Source of the DNA: Lingula anatina
Lineage: Eukaryota > Animalia > Brachiopoda
Length of the DNA stretch: 64,000 nt
Assembly (NCBI GenBank): GCA_051362555.1
Contig: CM120643.1
Span: forward strand, 29,826,848 to 29,890,847
Direction of reading: 5' to 3'
Shown here: piece by piece, positions 1 through 13,093 of the stretch
Numbering within the stretch: the first letter of the stretch is position 1
Layout of the letters: every line of letters starts with the position of its first letter
Program-made: the position numbers and the translations under genes
Notes under the pieces: model-generated
The model's input: only the letters and a program-made list of their open reading frames with translations
What the model was told of the DNA's origin: nothing
The model's database searches: none

Positions 1-3000
1 ACCAAAGTACACAGTAAACGTATCAATGGTCAATTAGTGTACAGCAGTGTACGCATTGTACAACAGTGTACGCATTGTATAACAGCAGCGTCTGGTCATG
101 GCTGGAAATGTGGTAGTCTTATTTCAGTAACGGTAGAAACAATTAATAATCAATAAATAAACTCTTACTTCGAGGTATTTGCATACAATAGGATATGTTT
201 GGCATGTTGGAATAGGACGCACCTTATTTCTCGTGACATCTGTTTTGAGAAATGATTACCCACTCGACACGTGACGTAGCAGCCGCTGCACCATGGCGAA
301 GATGGTCGGCATATGTGGAGAGCAATGTTCAGCCTGACCCGCCTTGGCCCCGTTGTCTGGCCGTAATCTTAAGCTGTCCAACCATTTACATTTTACACCA
401 TGCACTTACCTCGGCACATGCCAGCTGTGCTTATAATAGCTTTTTTGGAATCTGTTGTCAATAGAATATAGTAGATGAGTACCATTCGCATAGTGCACTT
501 GGTTGTTGCTGCATACAGGTTCGCACAATCATTTTTTGTTCTCTGAGCTATTCTTCTTTTTTATTTTATTATTATTTTTTTGTCCATTACTTTTGTAGTA
601 TTTTTTTTGCAAAATTATATATTTGTGTATACAATGCTGGTTATGTTAACATTTGTACGCTGCAGTTTGTCCGAACCTTGGGAATTATTGGAAATTATTA
701 ATAAAGACAGTGTCTGAGATTCGTATTCCGGTAAAAGGCCAAAGCGTTCCCCAAAGGCACTTATAAAGAGTGGATATTTCTTGGGATATTTCAGACGCAT
801 GTTGCTACAGGTCATATCACGCTAAGAAAATAGCAATTAAAGCTGCTTCACTTTTCGCGTCAGTTCCAATTAAATTTGGCCAGACACAGGCTTAATGGAG
901 ACATTAACAGCAGCATTGGTTAAAGCGTTTCATTTCACCTCTCACCTTCTGCCTTTACGCGTTTGTCTTTAAGCACCATTTGGTCCGCCATTTGATCTAT
1001 GCAAAAGGGATATTCTCATTGAAGTTCAGTGATGTTTGGTTTCCGGCACTCTGTTCTATCTGCCAAGGAAAGAAAGAGGCAAACAACTTATAAAACAGAC
1101 CATATGAAAATCATTTATTCTCCTATAATTTTTAAAGTTTGGACGGTTGATGTTCTGTTATTGAATCAGATGGTTTCTTTATGCACTTGTAAAGGCATGT
1201 AAGGTAGCTGTGGAATTAAAAGTTTATTTCTGATTGTGAAAAACGGATAATGCACTGGAAAGTAGCTATACTCTGTATTATCAATATTATCCCTGTTGTT
1301 TACTAATTACAAATTGTATAATGAAACATAATGAAACAAATAAACGGCCCGTGGTAAGGCTTTAGTTATGACATTCTGTCTTAACTTACCTGACAGGTGA
1401 TGTACGATAGGAAATTTGTGGAAGAAATAAGTTCAAACTCATCTGTTACCGCGGCACCGTCTCTACAATTAGGTGCAAAATGTTATATGTTTAATACCAT
1501 CCCGCCATGTTTAGATACCGCGGCATATTTACGACTTGAATCGATATGAGAGAACAAACAGCCCGTTATACGTAAATTATTAGCACGGCATATTCTATTA
1601 AGTGTTTTTATTGCGTTGGCAGTACTTTACTCTTAATGCCTAATACCAGTTTTATTCATTTTACTTCTCATTCTTAACACTGGCTGACACTACCCAAATG
1701 GGTTTTCCAGATCATTTATATTAATTCTTATCCTTCCCACACAATTCAATACGCTGTCTTGTCATTAGATGATTCTTTGCCTGGTTTGGAATTTCTATTT
1801 AACCAGTTTAAACAATTTAATCACGTTAGGGGGTGCTTGTAAGCAATTATGAAAATCGCTTTAGTTAAACTATGAAAATTCGTCTCTATTCCTATACAGC
1901 TAACCGCCGTGACCGTCTAGTGGGAGAACAGTGCTGACAACGGCAAAAAATACGTCTTGGTATTTGATCATCTTCTCTGTAGCAATACAGCAATTGTCCC
2001 CAAGCCATTTGACCACAGAAACTACTGTTAGCGTCTCCTCTGCAAAGTCAAGTTAACAAACATCCCCTGTATGTATAGAATACTAAGAAGTATGGCTACT
2101 TCATGATGATGACATACCAGGGAAACATGTTGATCATGAGATTTGCTGTTGTAGTAAAATGTTGTTGTTTACGGTGTGATTGTATCAGTTTATTTTTGCC
2201 AAATTGCTCCTTACAATGTGACAAATTAGTTTTGTTTTCCAAGTAAAATAACCAGCAGTTAGCTTATTACATGTGTATAGGAGGCCATAACCGTAGAAAT
2301 GCCTGTGCTTACTCTTTGGTAATTTAGCGCGCCGCGAGCAACAGGACAAATCATCTGCTAATGTGGAACCCACCGCCTAGTAATTATGATAGATTATTGT
2401 TAAAATGGTACATTTTCTCCACATCGATAGTTGGTCTTCACGCTTACGCTGTTAAATTGCCGCTGTGATCCTCGGGACTACACGGGGGGGGGGGGGGGGG
2501 GGGCGCCTTTCTTACTGTAACTGCAAACGTTTACACGCGTGAATGCGTCCGTGTGTGCGTGTGTGTGACATGTAGATATACATTTGAAATTTGAACTCAA
2601 CATCATAATTCATCAAAACTTATCTATGTAATATGCAAGGCAGTTATGTGTACGTTCCGTGTAATATGCTATGTAAAATCGACAGAAAACACTTGTAAAA
2701 TGCTGTATGTTGAAGAGTGCACTGCGGGGAGATTATCGTTGTATTAAGCATTGCAAGGTGCCCGGTACAGGTTGCTGCGTCCGTGTTTTTTGAAATCAGA
2801 AATAAAGTCCCAGCTGCATTAAAAGTGTAGATTTTGTCTAGTGAATGGTGTAGATATTTTTGATGCGACTTATAATTAAGAGACGCACTAAACTGTTATA
2901 AATCTATTTGAAGCGGATGAATTCAAGTTTAGCATTCCGTAAAATGTTTAAGATCAAAAGCTGAACTACTCGCCTTACATCAAGTATCGCTAAGTACTGT

Positions 3001-3580
3001 AATAGATACACTTGAACACACCTGCTGTTAATACCCGTGAAATGCTATCTTCCTGTTTGTTGCAGAAGTCCTAGAAAGACAGATGGCTGGGACCGGCTTC
3101 AGGATAAAGATTGAAAGTTGATTTGTACTTTAAGACAGAAACAATGGACTACTACTGGCTGCAATAAACCGTTTTTTATTTCTAAAAAGTCAAGCCAGTT
3201 CATGTGAAATGTTACTGTATTTTTTTAATAATAAAGTAGTCGACATGTTTGGCCTTAAAGGTTATCAGATCAAAACGTTCCTTTGTGAGCGTGGCTCCTG
3301 CTGAGCAATGGATTCTCTCCATGTGCAGAAAGACCAAAAATAACTTTTCAGAAAATACAGGAAATATCTGTGCTTGCATACCTCATTCCCTGTGGAACGC
3401 TGGAACTCAAATTGTGTAAAATGGTGTCTTCACAGGTGAGGGGGCAATCGTTATCTCTCTCTCTCTCAGGTCTGACTGGGTGAGAAACCAACCTGAATAT
3501 ACCTTCTCTTGTTTATCTGGATTAAGATTATAAACCTTACTTAAGATTCATTTGCTAGGTATTTTCAACAATCTATTATA

Positions 3581-3668
3581 TGTATGTGTGTGTGAATGTG
3601 TATGAGTGTCTGAGTGTATATATGTGTGTGTGCGTGTGTGTGTGTGTGTGTGCATGTGTGTGTGTGTG
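3581..3668. repeat. Imperfect (TG)n microsatellite
   Basis: Read directly. Confidence 0.9.
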
Positions 3669-4310
3669 AAGAAAATGATCTTAATTAATGTTTTTAATAC
3701 CATACTACAAACGTGCCGAGATAACCCCTGAACACACTTCCCATTTTGTAAACACTGTTCTTTCTGAATCAGATATAGTTTATTTGGATACATTTGCTTA
3801 CTGATAAATACCGATAAATCGTAATATTCAAAGAAATATGTCAGCTTGCAGTACATCAGTGTTGTAATGTGTAACATCTATGTTCCAAGAATGCTGTTAA
3901 TTGATACCTTAATGACTGCTTTGACAATTTATATGAGTGAGTTGTGTAACATCTGGCGCCAGTAGATGAGGGCAGGTTCATCAATAAACACGGTGAGATA
4001 GAGGCCTTATTTCTGGTTAAAACTGCTGTGGCAACTCCGTGTTGGGGTAGATATCTAAATATACCAGTCAAATAAAATGTCCTGTAGACTGAAGATGTTG
4101 TGTACAGTTTGTATGAAAACATTATATAACACTCAAGAAACATTGCTGCTTCCCCCATCTATGTAATCAAATATAATCATTTACTTGTAATGCCAGTTAA
4201 ATATATGTATACATGTATATAAATATAACTGATCGACATTCGGGGATTTGAGAAAAAAGTGACTATTTAAACTTGTCTTTCGGTTGAGGGGGCGCTGGGA
4301 TTATTCGTAT

Positions 4311-4410
4311 TACATGTAACTATGATCTTTCATGCTATAGTCAGCTATGGTAACTGATTTTACATGTAACTATGATCTTTCGTGCTATAGTCAGTTATGG
4401 TAACTGATTT
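4311..4410. repeat. 50-bp tandem duplication (2 copies, 2 mismatches)
   Basis: TACATGTAACTATGATCTTTC(A/G)TGCTATAGTCAG(C/T)TATGGTAACTGATTT twice. Confidence 0.95.
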
Positions 4411-7400
4411 TCATCCATTTTTGTACTCAACTCCAGGTCGTGTCTCATTTGATCCGTACCGGTCGACTTGGCTTTATCGTCATCAGTGGTAAGTGGATGT
4501 TCGGTCATATTGATTCCACCTAACTCAAATAAACTATTATTGCCGATGCTGAAAGGTGTGTATATCTTTATTGATGATTTAAGTCGACGTCGTCTGCAAT
4601 CAAATGCTTTTCTGAGATCCAGTTTAATAGTAGAATCGATCATTCAATAAAAAACGTCAACAAGGACTATCTACGACAGCACTTTTGCCTTTGCATTTTC
4701 ATCTACTGACTGATGATTCCGGAGGTTAGCACCCTTAGTTTGTCACGTTCATTAATTACCATAACAACAGAGCTTTAATTCCTCCCTGTCTCTTTGAAGC
4801 CGCCGATGGTTTTCAATAAAGACTATTCTGCTGTGGTCCGTGTTATGAGGTCATGCAGTGGCAGGAGACTGTGTGATGCAGTCTGGGGGGATACCGATAT
4901 CTCTGAAGTATCCGGGCACAGAGATGAACTTCCCATGTTTGGATTTTTGTGCGAAAGTGTTTGTCGTTGAAATAACGTTTAACTTTTACGGTGTCCCGGT
5001 GGGTCGGACGCATAGCCTGCCCTAGTGCCGTATGGTTTGCTAAAGTCCACTTATCAATGGTGGAATGTTTTGAAAGGGACGTTACAAGTCTATGATATAT
5101 ATATATATATATTTTTTAATTTCCGTGCAGTACCACGTTTGCTCTAATGAGAACACATCGGGGCGATAGATCACTGTGCCAATTTCTGTCCATCAAATCC
5201 TTCAGATAACATGCAGGTGGTTCAGAACACTTTCACCTCAGTTCGTACTATCATGGCAAGGGTTGAATCAGTTTATAGATAGAGAGAATGAAGGGGATTG
5301 TATATTGCTGAACCTGTTGTTATAATATAAATATGTTATCAAAGATCTAGAAATATCCACTACTTCCCATTCTAGGCACAAAGTTTGGTCCACTCTGTTC
5401 TAGCTGTACCTCTGTCCAGATGTCATGGTGCACCTTGCAGTGGGCGCCCATCAATCTGTTAAACCCACTTTCCACTGGACGGCGTCCTTTCTGCGTTTTT
5501 TTTTTTTTTTTTTTTGTGGGACCATGAGAACGCATCGCTGTGGTCGTAAAGAGGAGGCACAAGCATCCCTTTGGTTGCAGAATGAATGCTCAATGATAGA
5601 TCTGCTGTCGGCAAGTAAATTATTTTTTCTCAGCTCACAGGGAGGTGGTCAGCAGCCTTGCTATATGCAGTCCTTAGACAGATGATGACATTATTGATAA
5701 AGACTGTCAAATAGTCAAAAAATGAACAGCTCTTGTGATGTGGTAAAACAATAACCATGACGATAGGAATGCGTAATAGTGAGTCGAATAAGCAATTTCA
5801 AAAAGCAATTTTTAAGTTCAACAGCTGTTCATTTTGGCCAAACATGGTTTCCCTGGGGTAAACGGCAATTTTCCCATAGTTGTCAATGGTACATGAATCC
5901 GTTCCGACATACAAAAATATTCACCATCCCCAGAAATGCACTGCATGACGTCACGCCTAGCCCACTGCGCATGCGTGTATTTTTAATGAGTTGCTAGATT
6001 GCCATAGGAAAATGAATGGGTTCGCGATTCGTGGGTAATTCGTGAGAATTGACAAACTAACGGCCTGATGCCGATAGACAGCAACGCTATGCTATGCTTC
6101 AAGCAACTCCTGAGCAAATATCGCTAGGGTTTTTAAAAAAATTCTGTTGTACACACGTACTAAGAAGTTTGCCGTATATTGCCTAGACTACCCTCAGCAA
6201 ATCGCAAATATTTTCAGTAATAGTGATTTTAGACGGTAGATTCACTCAGAAACAAAGGGAAATAATTCGTTGCCGATAGCACCAGCTGATAGCAGTAACA
6301 TACAGAGTCTGATTAAAAATTTCATGGCAATTGAAGATTTTTTACCACTGTACAATGGAGTCCAAAAAGAGCACTTGGCACAAATGTAAAACTGCCCAGT
6401 GCAAGACCAAGAATTCAATCAGTATTTTCAATCATATTATCAGATTCTACATAAATTGACTGACCATATCACTACTCAGTATTTAACTAATCTCTTAATC
6501 CAAAATTCCTATCATCATTTAATAATTATGCAAAATTATTCTTTCAGATTGCTATTTATTTAAATTTTTAATGCTGCAACTGTTCCAAAATAATCTTGTA
6601 GTAAAGGAAAAATGCAAATAAGAAGTGGAAGACCAATTTTACCCACAGTATTCAATTATTTGAATATAAAAAGAATAAGATCACGATTTAACAAATTAAA
6701 ATAATCTTTCATGAACTCTTTCATGAATAACATATTAAACAAAAATGAAAGTTATAAATCAGTGGTAATGGCTTATTCTGGAATATATGACCTCTGTACA
6801 TCATCAGTACCTGACTTGGTACATTATAGTTACTACTTGGATACAGAGTTAGATTTAATAATGTAACAATAAAAACAATATATATTATAATAATAAACTT
6901 CTCTGCACATATCAGACGCTTGTTACCATGAACTAACACTACTTGACAATGGGCTGAGCACTTATCACAGGGTCTGTGTGCGATGCCATTCTTGTGCTGT
7001 GATTGGTTAGTTGAGTCACGTGAAGCCCTACTGTTGCGCCCTCACGTATCGCGTAAATGCTGCACATTTCTGGCCATGCTTTTTTTTCTGAAAAGTTTGA
7101 TTTTTGTGATAATCTCTTAAGACATCAGTACAAATAGGCTAGCCATTTATGGTAGTATGATGACAAGCACAGATCCCAGAATAGTTGTGATAACTGTCGT
7201 GTTGGTAGTTAAATAGAATTTCTTATATTTCAATGAGTTGTTGTGAAATATGGATATCATACGAACAGTTGTTATCCCTTTAACGCATATGTGGCGTGGA
7301 ATACGAATACCAAATTGCGTTTTAAGGACTAAGCATGACATTTTGTCTCGTTTGTTCCTGGTTTATTTTTATTGCTAGCGCGCTGTGCTCAACCGTATTT

Positions 7401-7743
7401 TCACCAATAACCGTATTTATGAAATTCCACCTTTTCCCTTTTATCTTCTGTTCAGCTATTGAATCCCTAGCCGTATCTAGCCGAATAATTCTATACACTG
7501 CAGGATGCACATTCAATTCACTTCCAAAAAGTGCCATTATTATATACCTAAATATTCCACACACCGCGGCCCAGCTAGTGCGACTGATGATGAAATAAGA
7601 GGAATTGCTGGTAATTGAAGTGGGAGACATTAATCATCGTCATTGCTGCTCTGCCCAAGCCGTTTATTAACTGATGAACGCGCTGATTTAGTCACTTGTT
7701 GATTAAATAAACACATCACATCCATAGACTTTAAGTCACGTAT

Positions 7744-7860
7744 TGACCGCTAACCAACACTTTACACTGTCCAGACCCCCCCTCCCCCAGTCGGGGGTTA
7801 AGTCAGGGACTGACCACTAACCAACGCTTTACACTGTCCAGACCCCCCATCGGGGGCTTA
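7744..7860. repeat. Tandem duplication of about 67 bp
   Basis: TGACC(G/A)CTAACCAAC(A/G)CTTTACACTGTCCAGACCCCCC...TCGGGGG twice. Confidence 0.85.
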
Positions 7861-9699
7861 ATAACGAGACAGCCTCAGTGCCAGTGATTAAGTTTTATTG
7901 TGGAACTTCTATGTGTCGCTACAGTTACGTATCTTTCCAGACCATATCAGTATATTCTACTACATGTCTATAATTATGAAACTAATTTAATTTTAAAGTT
8001 CACACAAACACAGACACCATGAAGACTAATTAGAAAGAACAATTCAAAACGATGGCCACAATGAACATTTTATTTCAATTTAACACAGGGCAATTCTGTT
8101 TTACAATTTTGGAATTATTTAAATTAGTTGCTATGTCGGTCTCGGTGGTAGATGTATCATCTGTTGTGGCAACGGTAAAAAGCAATATCAAAACAGTCAC
8201 CGACTGCCGTAACAACGCAGCCCCTTCTGCAATTATACACAATGAAGAAGACTGTTTCGCATGTGTAAGTTGTAGTGTCAATTTTAAAAAAAATCCTGTG
8301 TCTATTCTTACTCCTAATGCTGCGTCTGGATTTACGTCTTTGTGTTCCACGTTGCCATTACCTTACAAGTATGCTCGTGAATTAACACCGGGAGAGCAAT
8401 CGAGGCAGTTCCAGAAATCCAGTGCTTGAGAAAATTGATTGTGAACTAAAAAACAGACGATTGTTTAGTCACGCTGCACTCAAGATTACGGCTTATAGAA
8501 AACAGCCTGTTTACGCAGCAGCCCAGAAGAAACCAAACTCCTCCGCTTTGGTAACTATCAAATTGAGTTTAATCCATTTGACGTCTTGATTCACATCATT
8601 TCATATTCCAATTGATTGACAAACGAAGTAGAATCATCCGATATACTTCAGAGATATTTGATGAACAAACCGTGACAGTTGTTCAATTCTACTGGAAGTA
8701 ATATCTGTACTTTGGCCAATTCCTAGCGGCAGCTGCCTCGTCCATGTGAGCATGCGCAAAATCCCCACTTTGTCAAAGATCGTCTATCGGCTGCGGCGTA
8801 GATAGTCAGTGGAATTTGTAGAGTAACTGTAAGATCATCAACAGTGTCGGACTTCTATATGTAAGTACGCATTGGCTCTGTTTGGTATACATGAAATATG
8901 CAATAATGTTTTCTGTCGTTTTGTACATGTTATTCACATTCGGTTAAAAAATACGTAGGTTTTTAGGCATTTTATAGCCGAGATTTGAGTTCCTTCTATA
9001 TTTGCTTTTTGCTTCATTTTTTTCGAAGTATCTCATTTTTTAAAGAAATGGTAGTTCCTTCCAAACTTTTGACATAAGGATGTTTATCTATAACAAATCA
9101 GTGGTCAGGGCGAAAGGTTAAACTACAGGCAAAAAAAACTGTGTGCAAAAATTGATGAATAAATGGCCGGGGTCAGCCGTCCTATTAATGGCCTGTACTC
9201 TGGGAATATAACATCACAGCTGTCTGTGGAGGCACATGTGTTCCTGATGCTATCTCTCTGCCCATTAAAACACGGCCAATAACTTTACGATGAGGGTCCA
9301 AGATATCGGAATACCCATCTTAATGAAGAGCGCTGGAACTGTAAAAAACACTCAGATATAACCGCCTCACAAGAACAATTTGTCAGATACAGACAGAGAA
9401 AGGATCACATGCGTTAACAATTATAGACCATTCATCTTGGAGGCTTGCTGAAAGAAAAAAGTTACAGGAATCGACGGCACTGTGAAACTTATAATCATTT
9501 TACTTCATAATAAGGTTAATAAAGGTAAATCAGGGCAGAATTGAGACCGTCTCCTGGTTGTACCGTTAGACGAGTCAGATCTTCAAGTTTACATTGACGG
9601 GTATCTAATTATTTTTGTCGGAAGACGGTCAAAAATGGAGGATGGATTAATAAATATAATTTGGAAGACTGTCAGAAAATATCTCTGGATCCGCCCCTG

Positions 9700-9783
9700 T
9701 GAGGCCCTAACTTTGGTTCTTAACAGCCGAATTGTCGGGTACCCACATCTTTCAAATAATAATAATGATGATAATAATTGGAC
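9700..9783 (+). repeat. Dispersed repeat of about 80 bp; inverted copy at 27374-27451
   Basis: CTTTGGTTC(T/C)TAACAGCCGAATTGT(C/G)GGGTACCC..ATCTTTCAAATAATAAT matches the reverse complement of 27374-27451. Confidence 0.85.
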
Positions 9784-11966
9784 AACCAACAAAATTAATC
9801 AACAAAGCAAAAAAATATCTCTGGATCCGCCCGTGTACATGTAATATAAACAAAATAACATAGTTTGTGAGGTTGTGGACGGTGCGGAGTGAGTCATGGT
9901 CAAGTTTCCAAACTACCCAAGATGTCTTTGATTAAAAAAAAAACATTGATGGAAAGGGTATATTTACGCACTAACAGGCTGATATCAGTCCAGTGACTGA
10001 GCATTTCTTATAGTTCGAGGTGTGGTTGTCCTTGTTACACTAAGCCGGCCAAATTCCAGCACTCTCTCTCTGTGGTGCCTGCAGTATTGCCGTACAAGCA
10101 GTTGGGTTTTCTATCTGGCCGCTATTCTCTAAGTGTATACATGCATATGCATTTGCTGTAGGAGTGGGAACGTATCAAACCGAATATAGGCTCTAATTAC
10201 ATATTTGATTCTTGATTAATCATATATACAACATACTTTATACGACGGAATAGATATCTATATATGCCTAACCAATGATTTTATCCGTAATGGAAGTGGC
10301 AATCACACAGAATACTTCCAGCCTTATTTCCACGACTGAGTTACTCACGAGAACGGGTTAATTCATATATAACCCGCATCAGTGGTATGCCGTGTGTTGA
10401 GTTTATTTCAAGCGTTGGTTATTGGGGTGTTTTACCTTAGACTGCTGTAAAAATATCGGTTGTATTTGAACACATGAGGCAGGCTGCTGCAGTTTCTTGG
10501 GGTAATATCAACAAGAAAATCAGCACCACGCGCTGCTTACCTCACCGCGGTTAATGTGATACATGGATGAACATTAACTATCTCATGCGTGACGCAAGGC
10601 AGGAGTTTAAAGAAATGACTTAGAAGTGTTATACTAGTCTTGATTAATTAAAGGCATGATGAAGAGGTGTTAAGTCACAGGGTAAGTACTACTTGCCAGC
10701 AAGGTCGTGATCTTTAACGCTGTTTCTGCACTGTAACGTTCCGCGGTGATGTATCTGTACGTCTGTCATATCCGCGTTATTTGTGAGGTAATTTCTCGTA
10801 GTTGTGTTTTGACAAATACGTGTTTTCTCCGATATATAAATGCATATCAGTTATCGACATGCTGGCAGCCATAAGCTACATCATTTGTAACTAGTGGAGA
10901 TGTAGGCGAGTGAGCTGAAATGATTGTGATGAATTCAGTTCTGTCAGATACCAGATAACTCTCTGGAATAACAGCTTTTCACGTTCTTACTATTCCACGT
11001 CTGAACATACAAACTGTCACAGGCCTATAGAAAGGATACGTTGTGTATTATTATCCGAAGAGATAAGTGATTATATTATTTTTAAAGTAAAACTGCCCTG
11101 ATGATGTGACACGTTTATAAAAAGGTTAATGACGACAAGTCAATCAAAATATGGAACAGTTTCTATCTCATAAGGCGATCAAAGCTGGAGTCATTAACGA
11201 TAGAAATTCAACTGTCAGAGGGCGAAGAGGGCAGCAGCGTCCTCGAGGTGTTAACAAAGGTCGTCATTGCCATTAAACTTTGTGAAGAACCGAATTATAA
11301 ACTATAGATAGAAATATATGAGATGGCTCCATTGACAGAAAAAAGAGTGATAATAAAAAGGAAGCAGATGGCTAATGGTGAAATTAATGTTCCGTAAAAG
11401 GCGTTGATAAAAATATTTAAAGCAGCGAAATTGCAACGAAATTTATATAGTGCTTAGTGAGAAAAAACTCACAGAAAGTAATTTTCACGGAAAAAAATGA
11501 GACTATGGATTGTCAGAAAAAATAATAAGTATCAAAGCTGTGAATAACACGTAGAAATGCATCTGTGCTCTAATGTTTTTTATGCCAAATTACACACTCC
11601 GCCACTTGCCGCACTGCATATCAAGGCACAGTGTGAGAGTCCTCACTTCTACCGAGTCGATCGAAACAGTTTATCTTAAAAACTATGCTGGGAATACTGA
11701 AAGTTCCTTCGGATCACTAGCACTATATAGTCAGTACATGTACCAAACCTCAAGTTGACATCGACAAACGTACTTTCCGCGTTCCCTGATTATCCCTGTG
11801 ATAGGACGAACCAATGCGAGCTCTCGTCCTTCCATGTTGTCAACGACCTCATACTGTAGGTGCAACCCATTGTACACGCCACTGCTTAAACCTCACAGAA
11901 CACGCTTTATTTAGTCACACATAACTTTTCCACCCAGGCAGAGCTAGCAAAATTGTAATCTAGCAC

Positions 11967-11967
<1 letters not shown>

Positions 11968-12003
<36 letters not shown>
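11968..12003. repeat. (ATT)n microsatellite abutting the GPCR splice acceptor
   Basis: About 12 ATT units run directly into GCAG|ATAACCAGGATG. Confidence 0.95.
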
Positions 12004-12016
12004 GCAGATAACCAGG

Positions 12017-13093
12017 ATGGCGGTAGTTGACAACCTCACCAACTCCACAGCCGCCTACAATGACACGGGGTTCACAGCCGTCTACAACGACACGGGGTTA
12101 TATTGTCACGTGTTAGAGATGGGCTTTACTCGGGTAGGAATCCCGCTCCTCTTGTCTCTGATCAGCCTTCTCGGGTTGGCGGGAAATGTCCTTGTTATCT
12201 ACGTCATATCCAGGAATAAACGGATGAACGCGCTGTTCTTTAACTTAGCTCTGGCTGATTTGTTCTTCATCATCGTGTGTGTACCGGTTCAGATCACTAA
12301 CTATGCCTCGGCCAACAGAGTGGCACTGGGTCCTGTGATCTGCAAGATCAGCTACTACGTCACCTACTTCACCATGGCACTCAGTATCTACTCTCTTGTG
12401 GCCATCTGTGTCCTGCGCTATGTGGGCATCAAACACCCGCTTCACGCCAGGAAACTGTTACGCCGCAGAAACGTGATTCTCGCCAGTAGCGTGATTTGGG
12501 TGTTTACGTTGGTGTTGAACATACCGGTGGCGTTTTTCTACAATGAGACGTCGACGTCATTGTGTAGTGTGTCTACGGGGGAACAGTGGCAGTACTACGT
12601 CTACGTCTCACTGACGTCAGGATTTGACTTTGTTATTCCTTTCATCCTGGTCTCTACGCTGTCTACGTTGATTATTGTAACAATAAGGAAAGACCTCACA
12701 GAGAGAGAGGAGCTGCATCTGGAAACTGAGGAACAGCTTCAGCAATCCAAGAAAAATACGAAAAGGCTGATTGTTCTGGTCATATTGGTAACAGTGGTCT
12801 TCTTTGTCTGCAACGGACCGCTTAACTTAACTTTAATTCTTGTAGGGATGGGAGCCGTCAGTTTTACGTGTGACCCTGTGGACGGGATTCCTATCATTCT
12901 CATTCAAGTTCTGGCCATTTCAAACGCCAGTTTAAATCCTCTGATATTCAACTTTGCATCAAAGGAATTCAGAAAGGAATTTGCAAAAGCCCTGAGTTTT
13001 CGTTCTAAAAAAAGAACCACCGACAGTATGGCTTTAACAGGTTGTGGTGGAAATAAAAACGGAACTAAATGTACTCTAAGAGACTCGCAGTAA
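12017..13093 (+). CDS. Class A (rhodopsin-like) GPCR, neuropeptide-receptor-like (allatostatin-A/galanin receptor-like), 358 aa, intron-free CDS
   Basis: Seven hydrophobic segments with class A motifs: TM1 GLAGN, TM2 NLALADL, TM3 Cys (ICK) to LRY, TM4 IW..P, ECL2 Cys, TM5 FVIP, TM6 FFVCNGP, TM7 NASLNPLIF, helix 8 SKEFRKEF. N-terminal sequons NLT, NST, NDT, NDT. ATG at 12017 lies just after a splice acceptor TTGCAG (AG 12006-12007). The subfamily call is by resemblance only. Confidence 0.93.
   Translation: MAVVDNLTNSTAAYNDTGFTAVYNDTGLYCHVLEMGFTRVGIPLLLSLISLLGLAGNVLVIYVISRNKRMNALFFNLALADLFFIIVCVPVQITNYASANRVALGPVICKISYYVTYFTMALSIYSLVAICVLRYVGIKHPLHARKLLRRRNVILASSVIWVFTLVLNIPVAFFYNETSTSLCSVSTGEQWQYYVYVSLTSGFDFVIPFILVSTLSTLIIVTIRKDLTEREELHLETEEQLQQSKKNTKRLIVLVILVTVVFFVCNGPLNLTLILVGMGAVSFTCDPVDGIPIILIQVLAISNASLNPLIFNFASKEFRKEFAKALSFRSKKRTTDSMALTGCGGNKNGTKCTLRDSQ

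Noticed and set aside
170-455. Possible small minus-strand exons (GTAAG donors near 169 and 409)
   Set aside because: Translations are unrecognisable and I could not build a consistent exon chain.
7147-8429. ORFs of 64-125 aa on both strands
   Set aside because: No recognisable motif or consistent splice structure; possibly decayed repeat sequence.
12002-12016. ORF-track start (TTG) for the GPCR
   Set aside because: It overlaps the splice acceptor; the first ATG is at 12017.
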